Source: Candidatus Electrothrix sp. GW3-4 (GTDB lineage Bacteria; Desulfobacterota; Desulfobulbia; Desulfobulbales; Desulfobulbaceae). From it: 32,000 nucleotides of DNA. The position numbers and the translations under genes are program-made. Positions 26,107 to 32,000 of the stretch are shown here, piece after piece (position 1 is the stretch's first letter; every line of letters starts with the position of its first letter). Where the stretch lies: the NCBI RefSeq assembly GCF_037902255.1, contig NZ_CP147990.1:2190001-2222000 (forward strand), in the 5' to 3' direction. Below the pieces are notes generated by a model that saw nothing but the letters and a program-made list of their open reading frames with translations, was not told where the DNA came from and searched no databases.

Positions 26107-26913
26107 CTATTGATTTTCTTCAATGAACTGACAAACCTCAGAGCTCAGTCCCAGGGAGCTGCCCAGCTCGTCAAACCATCGCCGCTCACTCTCTGTATCA
26201 ATGATCACGGCCGAGGCAGCAACGGCGTACATGGCTTGTCCCAGGCGAGTATCTTCAATCCCTTGGGTCAATTCAGCAATGGCACAGGGGTGTTGCAACT
26301 CTTCCAAGAGAAACATTTTTTCCTCCTGACCAAGTTCTGCGCTACGTAAACGATCAAGAATCGCCTTTTCTTCTTCACTGTCAAGCCTGCCGTCTGCATG
26401 GGCAGCCCCAACCATGACCTGAATCAGGCGGCGGGCAACCTCCTGCTCATTCAGCCCTGTTTGTAAAGGAGCGACAGCGATGCTCTCCTGTGGCCTCACC
26501 TGTTCTTGAGCAGCAGCGTTCAGAGCCTGTTCCTGCGGCATTCCGGTTGGCGGGGGAGGAGGAGGAGTCGTGGCAACCTGGGCCGGGCTTGCTTGCGGGT
26601 TATACTGCATCCCTCCCCCTCCGGTTGTCTGTCGCTGCGAGGCCTGTTTACTTGTTCGATATATTTCGTAGGCCCCTACCCCCAGGCCAATGGCAGTGAG
26701 TAGGCCTTTGCCAGACGTCAAATTCCCGGTAAGATTATCAAGCAGCGAACTCTTTTTTGCAACGTGATGCGAAGCGCTGTTCTGCCGGTAGTATTTGTCT
26801 TTCCCTTTATGCTTATGCTTTTTATTATATTTTTTGTACTTCTTTTTAAACTGGTTCCCGCCGGAACCCGTTACCTCATGCAGCAGCTTACCAAGCAATT
26901 TTTCAACGTCCAT
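26107..26913 (-). CDS. DUF533/TerB-like (YebE-type) protein with a Lys/His-rich N-terminus and a Pro-rich linker
   Basis: 268 aa. A KKKYKKYNKKHKHKGKDKYY tract, one hydrophobic segment (GLLTAIGLGVGAYEIY) and a PPPPPPTG linker. The C-terminal VGAAHADGRLDSEEEKAILDRL...AMYAVAASAVIIDTESERRWFDELG is typical of the DUF533/TerB fold. Confidence 0.6.
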   Translation of the reverse strand: MDVEKLLGKLLHEVTGSGGNQFKKKYKKYNKKHKHKGKDKYYRQNSASHHVAKKSSLLDNLTGNLTSGKGLLTAIGLGVGAYEIYRTSKQASQRQTTGGGGMQYNPQASPAQVATTPPPPPPTGMPQEQALNAAAQEQVRPQESIAVAPLQTGLNEQEVARRLIQVMVGAAHADGRLDSEEEKAILDRLRSAELGQEEKMFLLEELQHPCAIAELTQGIEDTRLGQAMYAVAASAVIIDTESERRWFDELGSSLGLSSEVCQFIEENQ

Positions 26914-27029
26914 AGATGCTCCTGAAAAGGGATAAATATTCTGCCTCTGCCTTGCAATGGGAAAAAATGATTCCCAGTACCTTTCTGATAGAATCAGTCT
27001 ATTGTACCGAGTGCGTCGTTGGAAGCAAG

Positions 27030-27071
27030 GAGAATCCGATCGTTTCCTCAGAGAATCCTCAGGCCCCTCAG
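27030..27071. promoter_or_regulatory. Phased short direct repeats in the 352-bp region upstream of the DUF533-asnB block
   Basis: GAGAATCC at 27030-27037 and 27051-27058, 21 bp apart. CCTCAG at 27046, 27057 and 27066, spaced 11 and 9 bp. No function is demonstrated. Confidence 0.25.
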
Positions 27072-27265
27072 ATAGATCATCTCCATATCTCTAATCTCCT
27101 GTAACTCCTGTGACTTTATTTTCATCCCCTCTCTTTTTCTTTTCTGGCAGTAAAGCTCACCGTTCGCTCATTCTTTCACAGTATTTTACGCAAAATCAAT
27201 TCCAGACGGTTTGCTGCTCCACGCGTGGAAGGGCGAGCAGGCATTGAATAACATTTCCCTCTCCA

Positions 27266-28357
27266 TCATGGTTCCGCAACATTTTCAGGCGGTTCTGTAA
27301 CAAGTACATTTGTCCCCAGGTCGTCTAAAACCTGTTGTTCAAGGCCATCTTCCCTGGCTCGCAATCTGGCTAACTTCTCCGGACTATATTTTCTCGGCAA
27401 CTTCCCAAGGTTACAAATAGGTTCCCCAGGACTGATAGCAGGCAAACTCGTCATTCCTATCACTACTCCATTAAATGGCGCATAAAGCGTACTTTGATCC
27501 TCACCCAAGATCGTTGAACTGGTTGCTATAGGCTGGCCCTTTTCTACGATATCACCAGGTTTGATATGAAAATCAAGAAACCCTCCCCGCTCTGCCCGAA
27601 TCCATTTTGATTTTTCAAGCACGATTTGATAAGCAGGGCTTTCGATCCTGCCCTCCAGCATATGCAGTTCACGCAGGATATTTTTCACACCGCGAACAGC
27701 TGTTTCGACAATGCCTGGTTCTACCTTCCACACCTCGCCTCCTTCCATAATAATAGTCGGACAGCCAGCTGAACATGCCTCCCGACGAAAGGAACTTTTT
27801 GGTCCTTTACTATTCACTATGATTTCAGCTCCAAATGCCTCAGCCAGTCGGCGAACATGACGGTCTGTCAAATCACCTCGAACTGTGGGGTAATTGGTTC
27901 GCCGGACCGATGCAGTATGGAGATCAATGCCGTAATCAGACCGCATGACAATCTCATGAAAGATTGTAAAGGCCATACGGCTGGCAAGACTTCCGTCAGC
28001 AAGGCCGGGAAAGGAACGGTTCAAATCCCGACGATCAGGCAGGTAGCGGGAATGGCGTTCAAAGGCAAGTACATTGAGGACCGGGATCAAGACAAGAGCT
28101 CCTCGCTCAATCTGAAGATCATCATCCTGAATGAGTTGACGAATAGCGCCACAACCATTGATCTCGTCACCGTGCAGGGCTCCGGTCACAAACACGACTG
28201 GTCCCTCTTCCTTTGCTCGACGTATATGAATTTGAATATCCACGGTCATGCTGCTATAACTCTCGCCCACAGCAAGCTGGACATTACCTGCTTCCCCTGG
28301 CGCGATTGTTTCGCCAAACCAATCAAACATGGCTGTTCGTGAATCTGGTCTATTCAT
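27266..28357 (-). CDS. Succinylglutamate desuccinylase/aspartoacylase-family (M14-like) zinc hydrolase
   Basis: 363 aa. GALHGDEINGCGAIRQL (HxxE zinc site), DLNRSFPG and IDLHTAS are hallmark AstE_AspA motifs. The start overlaps the rimK-type gene by 8 nt. Confidence 0.75.
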   Translation of the reverse strand: MNRPDSRTAMFDWFGETIAPGEAGNVQLAVGESYSSMTVDIQIHIRRAKEEGPVVFVTGALHGDEINGCGAIRQLIQDDDLQIERGALVLIPVLNVLAFERHSRYLPDRRDLNRSFPGLADGSLASRMAFTIFHEIVMRSDYGIDLHTASVRRTNYPTVRGDLTDRHVRRLAEAFGAEIIVNSKGPKSSFRREACSAGCPTIIMEGGEVWKVEPGIVETAVRGVKNILRELHMLEGRIESPAYQIVLEKSKWIRAERGGFLDFHIKPGDIVEKGQPIATSSTILGEDQSTLYAPFNGVVIGMTSLPAISPGEPICNLGKLPRKYSPEKLARLRAREDGLEQQVLDDLGTNVLVTEPPENVAEP

Positions 28358-29615
28358 GGTCGATCATATCTGTCTCGGTGTGAATGAACACAGAGTCGAT
28401 CGTCCCAGATTCTTTGTAGACCTCATCGGCAACAGGAAGCTCAGGTAAATTTTTTACTTTTGGTTGCTGTTTACGACGGACCTTCTTTGGCGTCATATCA
28501 CGCATCAGCTCAAGTTTGCCAAAGCAGAGCAGACGGTCCCCTGCAAACAATTCCCGCTCAGATTTTGGATTCGGTATAACCTTTGCGTTTCGATGGAGGG
28601 TCAGGACCACAATGTCTTTTTCGCGTAACCGTGATTCGTGAATAGTTTTCCCTATATACTCAGAACGTTCTGGAATATGAATCTCTGCAACCCCATAGCC
28701 ACGACTTACTGTCAACCGTTGACGCAGATCAATCTCCGGGAAGTTCACCTGCGCTGCGATGTAGTCAATGATTGAGCCAGCAATATCAAGTTGCGTACAC
28801 CCTTCAATACCCTCTAAGCCAGGGGAGGAGTTCACCTCCATAATCTGTGGACCATCCTTTCCTTCAAGCAGGTCCACTCCCGCCACCCGTAGGCCTAATA
28901 TTTGTGCTGCCCGCACAGCGGTCTCAGTGTACAATTCATCAAGAACCACAGGCTCAGTAATGCCACCTCGATGGACATTACTACGAAATTCCTGGCCTTG
29001 GGCAACCCGTCGCATCGCCCCTACGACCCGATCACCAACAACAAAGGCCCGGATATCCCTCCCCTTGCTTTCTTTAACAAATTTTTGAATAAGCACACTC
29101 TGTTTTTGACTCTGCAAGAGTTCGACAATCCCCGCAGCCGTACTGAGCGTATCTGCCAGAATGACGCCGATACCTTGCGTGCCTTCGATTAATTTGATAA
29201 CAACAGGGGCCCCGCCGACTCGCTCAATAGCCGGAAGAACATCCTTTTTATCACGGACAAAGGTCGTTTTCGGAATACCGATAGAGTGTCGACTGAGTAT
29301 CTGCAAACTTCGTAACTTATCTCTTGAGTTGGCAATACTTGCGGATGAGTTTGCACAAAACACATCCATCTGTTCGAATTGCCTGACAACAGCAGTACCA
29401 TAATAGGTGATTGAGGCCCCTATCCTTGGCAAAACAGCATCATATTGAGAAAGACGTTTTTGCCGAAAATACAGATCAGGCATGCCCTGATCCAGATCTA
29501 TGGCAAATTTCATGGTATTTAAGACCTTAACATCATGTCCCCGTTGCTGTGCAGCTTCACGAAGTCGGCGGGTGCTGTAGCTCTGGCCGTTGCATGAAAG
29601 AAGAGCGAGTTTCAT
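28350..29615 (-). CDS. rimK: RimK-type ATP-grasp alpha-L-glutamate ligase fused to a C-terminal TrkA_C/RCK_C domain
   Basis: 421 aa. GAPVVIKLIEGTQGIGV, LIQKFVKESKGRDIRAFVVGDRVVGAMRR, FRSNVHRGG and VAGVDLLEGKDGPQIMEVNSSPGLEGIE are canonical RimK motifs. Residues ~315-395 (AEIHIPERSEYIGKTIHESRLREKDIVVLTLHRNAKVIPNPKSERELFAGDRLLCFG) look like RCK_C. Confidence 0.9.
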   Translation of the reverse strand: MKLALLSCNGQSYSTRRLREAAQQRGHDVKVLNTMKFAIDLDQGMPDLYFRQKRLSQYDAVLPRIGASITYYGTAVVRQFEQMDVFCANSSASIANSRDKLRSLQILSRHSIGIPKTTFVRDKKDVLPAIERVGGAPVVIKLIEGTQGIGVILADTLSTAAGIVELLQSQKQSVLIQKFVKESKGRDIRAFVVGDRVVGAMRRVAQGQEFRSNVHRGGITEPVVLDELYTETAVRAAQILGLRVAGVDLLEGKDGPQIMEVNSSPGLEGIEGCTQLDIAGSIIDYIAAQVNFPEIDLRQRLTVSRGYGVAEIHIPERSEYIGKTIHESRLREKDIVVLTLHRNAKVIPNPKSERELFAGDRLLCFGKLELMRDMTPKKVRRKQQPKVKNLPELPVADEVYKESGTIDSVFIHTETDMIDHE

Positions 29616-29743
29616 AACCTTCCTTATTTTGTTAGGGTAGAATCTATTATTGCTCGTGTATGTACCTTGTTCTTGCGGCGCAGTCCAGCCCTTCCTGTCA
29701 ATCGCAATCCGGAAAAACTACCAAATGACAGAGCAAGCTCTCC

Positions 29744-30532
29744 TCAGAGCAGCACAGGCAGCTCATCGCCTCCATCGCCCTGCATCAGCACGGCTGCCTT
29801 GCCCAGCTCAAAGGCAAAGGGGATGTCGCGACCGGCACCAACAGCCTTATAGAAGCCACTGGCAAAAGAGATTGCAGTGGTATCGGGTATAGCAGAAGAC
29901 ATACCGATGACGTGGGGAATATGCTCTTTGATGGCCTCAGCCTGGGCCAGGGAGTAGCAGGCATTGAGCAGCACGCACTGGACACTGTCCTTGAACAGGC
30001 GAAACAGGTTTGCCAGGGCTGCTGCGCTGACAAGTTTTGCAATACCTTGCCCGTCTTCCAGGCAGATGCCCTCTTGCTCTCCATGACCGGAGAAATGAAC
30101 AATCTGCGGCCTGGTGTCCAGGATGGCCTGCATCAGGGTGTCCGAGGTGACTGCCCATTCCTGGGTGAGGTGGAGGAGGTCGCGTTCTTTTGCAAGCTTC
30201 AGGTCCGTAGATATTTGCCGCACCTCTTCGTCCAGGCGGAGGCGGGCCGTGTCCATCGGGTTTGCAGCGAGGAAAAGGATGGTTGTTTTGCCGGTGCTCG
30301 GAGAAGGTTCTTGCTCTGGCGCGCTTCCTCCTCCCTGCAATTCAGCCAGTTCCTGCTCTACCTGCTGGCGCTCCTGCTTCATCCTGGCAATATCACTCTC
30401 CATACGAAAGCGCTCTTCAGCACGGGTTTCAGCATTATATTGTTCCTCCACAAGAGCCAGTCTCTTGCTGATCCGCTCCCATTTGCTTTCTGCCTCTTTG
30501 ATCTTGGCGGCGGTTATAAAATCAAGGGACAT
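29744..30532 (-). CDS. Coiled-coil protein with a minimal caspase/CHAT-like (His-Cys dyad) domain
   Basis: 262 aa. Residues 1-65 are heptad-rich (KWERISKRLALVEEQYNAETRAEERFRMESDIARMKQERQQVEQELAEL). Then come TTILFLAANPMDTARLRLDEEVRQI, IVHFSGHG (His) and VLLNACYS (Cys) in the order and spacing of the caspase-haemoglobinase fold. This module recurs at the N-termini of many STAND/WD40 conflict proteins. Confidence 0.55.
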   Translation of the reverse strand: MSLDFITAAKIKEAESKWERISKRLALVEEQYNAETRAEERFRMESDIARMKQERQQVEQELAELQGGGSAPEQEPSPSTGKTTILFLAANPMDTARLRLDEEVRQISTDLKLAKERDLLHLTQEWAVTSDTLMQAILDTRPQIVHFSGHGEQEGICLEDGQGIAKLVSAAALANLFRLFKDSVQCVLLNACYSLAQAEAIKEHIPHVIGMSSAIPDTTAISFASGFYKAVGAGRDIPFAFELGKAAVLMQGDGGDELPVLL

Positions 30533-30600
30533 AATGTGCTCCTCTCTTCTTCATCTTCTTCTTTTTTCGGGTAGATGCGTCCCTGGTGAGAGTTGGGCTT

Positions 30601-31512
30601 TTAATATGCCTGGACGCCAAATTTCAGGAGTAACCGTGGCAGGATGTCGTCAAGATTCTGAACATCTTTATCTTCCAGCTCAATAAGATTGAATCCGTAT
30701 TTCTGATATATTTCCTGCTTAATCTTTTTTCTGTTCAAATATTTCTCATCGTTTTCGTATCCCCAGTATTCTATATAGACCTTTCCTGTGGGGATATAAA
30801 AATCACTGTAGACATTCTCCTCCACAGGAAGCTTACGCTCATAGGCATGAACAATTTCAGCCATATACAACCAGTTATCGATCAACATTTCAGCTTTTGA
30901 ACGTACAAAATGTCCATCGGTGGCACGATGTTTCGCTTCAAATTTCTCCCGGAAATCTGTTGTCTTTTGAGCCGCTCCGTTTCCCTGATTCTGTTCATTA
31001 TCTTGTTCAGAATATGTCCCTTTTACATGATTAACTGTCTCGATAAGTGATTTTGAGTTCAACAGACTTGCTGGCCATTTCGCATAAGGCACCCCAGACC
31101 TTTGAGCTTCAGCCTGCTGCCCTCCCTGCCGCTTTCCATGCTCAGTAACCAACCATCCTTTCAGCCCTTTTTTAATCCAACCTATTTCCGAAAGGATAAA
31201 GTTAACTTTGTTCGCGGAAAGATCAAAATGCTTTCCTATCGCTGTCGAAGTGAGCATGTTTCCAGTACTTGAAGCAGGTTCCAGTAGTGATTCAGGTGTA
31301 TCTTCATTTAACTCAAATGTTTCTGGCCATACGATATATTTCCCATATTTTTTGGACTCTTTGTATTCGCCCCCTCTCTCTTCCCCTTTTCGAGTCAAAA
31401 TCCAAGCAGTTTCCTCTCGTTCAATCAATCCTTGCTCTGACAAAAGCGCAAAAAGGTCTTTTGGAGCCATTCCCTGCGATTTTGCCAACTGACTTGTGGA
31501 TATTTTTTTCAT
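30601..31512 (-). CDS. Protein with two tandem wHTH-like modules and a C-terminal PD-(D/E)xK-like (HelD-N-terminal-type) domain
   Basis: 303 aa. Repeat 1 is STSQLAKSQGMAPKDLFALLSEQGLIE..WILTRKGEERGGEYKESKKYGKYIVWP. Repeat 2 is TSTAIGKHFDLSANKVNFILSEIGWIKKGLKGWLVTEHGKRQGGQQAEAQRSGVPYAKWP. The C-terminus is FVRSKAEMLIDNWLYMAEIVHAYERKLP..YSDFYIPTGKVYIEYWGY...LIELEDKD. Confidence 0.5.
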   Translation of the reverse strand: MKKISTSQLAKSQGMAPKDLFALLSEQGLIEREETAWILTRKGEERGGEYKESKKYGKYIVWPETFELNEDTPESLLEPASSTGNMLTSTAIGKHFDLSANKVNFILSEIGWIKKGLKGWLVTEHGKRQGGQQAEAQRSGVPYAKWPASLLNSKSLIETVNHVKGTYSEQDNEQNQGNGAAQKTTDFREKFEAKHRATDGHFVRSKAEMLIDNWLYMAEIVHAYERKLPVEENVYSDFYIPTGKVYIEYWGYENDEKYLNRKKIKQEIYQKYGFNLIELEDKDVQNLDDILPRLLLKFGVQAY

Positions 31513-31660
31513 TTCACGGACCTTTTAGTGATGATTTAAAGGAAAGTCTTAAGTAATACCGCAAAACTAACTCGACTCATTGGAGAAAAAAAGGACACTG
31601 TACCGTTAAGTGAGGTCGAGGCTATGTCAATAAAAACACAGCTAAAACCCGCCCCGCCTT

Positions 31661-32000
31661 TTAGAAAACTGCTCTTTTCTCACGCACAGCCTGTCCCGCC
31701 TGGGTCAAACGATAGCATTGCTTGGAACTACGCGGTTTATCTGGGATGGTCATCTCTATCAGGCCCGCATCCAGAGCCGGGCGGAGATAGAGCAACCGAA
31801 AATTCTTTTCCGCTTTCAAACCCAACTCTTCCTGAATCGCCCGACGATTCATCTCGCCCTCAAGCACTCCAAGCAGCTGCTGCACTTCGGGTGTCACTTC
31901 GGGTGTAACTTCGGGTGTAGATAGTTCCTCGCAGGCCGCTAACATAGCGGAAAGCATAAATTCAACAAAACAAGTGGACTCACCTTCACTATCGCTCTGG
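31661..32000 (-). CDS. C-terminal part of a larger protein ending in a wHTH (tail of the type seen on Fic-family and AlbA_2/ATPase putative regulators); 5' end outside window
   Basis: The frame is open to base 32000: QSDSEGESTCFVEFMLSAMLAACEEL(TPEV)3QQLLGVLEGEMNRRAIQEELGLKAEKNFRLLYLRPALDAGLIEMTIPDKPRSSKQCYRLTQAG. The GLIEMTIPDKP.S..Q.YRLT tail is a recurrent C-terminal wHTH. The N-terminal catalytic part is not visible. Confidence 0.5.
   Translation of the reverse strand, partial: QSDSEGESTCFVEFMLSAMLAACEELSTPEVTPEVTPEVQQLLGVLEGEMNRRAIQEELGLKAEKNFRLLYLRPALDAGLIEMTIPDKPRSSKQCYRLTQAGQAVREKRAVF

Noticed and set aside
26095-26113. TGGCAC, resembling the -24 element of a sigma-54 promoter, between the DUF533 and asnB genes
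   Set aside because: No TTGC-type -12 element follows at the required spacing. The motif is also on the plus strand, whereas all neighbouring genes are on the minus strand.
27218-27229. Perfect 12-bp palindrome TCCACGCGTGGA, within an imperfect longer inverted repeat, just downstream of the astE-like gene: possible terminator
   Set aside because: It has no loop and no following T-tract on the minus strand, so it is a poor intrinsic terminator. It could be a protein-binding site, but there is nothing to support that.
29912-30686. Long plus-strand ORFs (220 aa and 190 aa) opposite the CHAT-like gene, and similar ORFs opposite asnB, rimK and astE
   Set aside because: They are Arg/Ser/Leu/Pro-rich translations typical of antisense frames in GC-richer coding DNA. 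The minus-strand frames carry clear family motifs.
31883-31918. A 12-bp tandem repeat x3 (CACTTCGGGTGT-type)
   Set aside because: It lies inside a CDS and encodes (TPEV)3 in the linker before the C-terminal wHTH. As I recall, similar TP[EQ]V repeats are a normal feature of this protein tail, so it is not a regulatory or CRISPR-like repeat.

Overview
This 32-kb bacterial window is read almost entirely from the minus strand. All family calls come from motif recognition by eye; no searches were run.

(1) A surface-glycan (EPS/O-antigen-like) biosynthesis locus lies entirely on the minus strand. It encodes a DUF533/TerB-like protein, an AsnB-type amidotransferase, a priming polyprenyl-phosphate sugar transferase, a Wzx-type flippase, two PAPS-type sulfotransferases, an LbH acetyltransferase, an SDR epimerase, a GT2 and a Wzy-like membrane protein. 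The locus is cut into three blocks (610-3820, 10227-13306, 21181-26913).

(2) About 15 kb of insertion-sequence DNA, nearly half the window, does the cutting:
- three copies of a 1,658-bp IS5/IS1182-type element, two of them essentially identical and the third older and itself hit by another IS;
- two identical copies of an 888-bp IS5-family element, plus solo ends of relatives;
- a tnpB-less IS200;
- IS3, IS630 and IS1634 fragments;
- a four-deep nested stack at 13.3-18.5 kb.

The middle layer of that stack is a compact, IR-bounded element. Its transposase-like gene resembles proteins I recall as uncharacterised (DUF6399-like), which makes it a candidate uncatalogued IS type.

(3) The more GC-rich right flank holds a translationally coupled RimK-TrkA_C ligase / AstE-AspA-family hydrolase pair. 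Beyond it is a candidate conflict module, cut by the window end: a coiled-coil + caspase/CHAT-like protein, a double-wHTH + PD-(D/E)xK-like protein, and a partial wHTH protein.

I found no rRNA, tRNA or CRISPR array.
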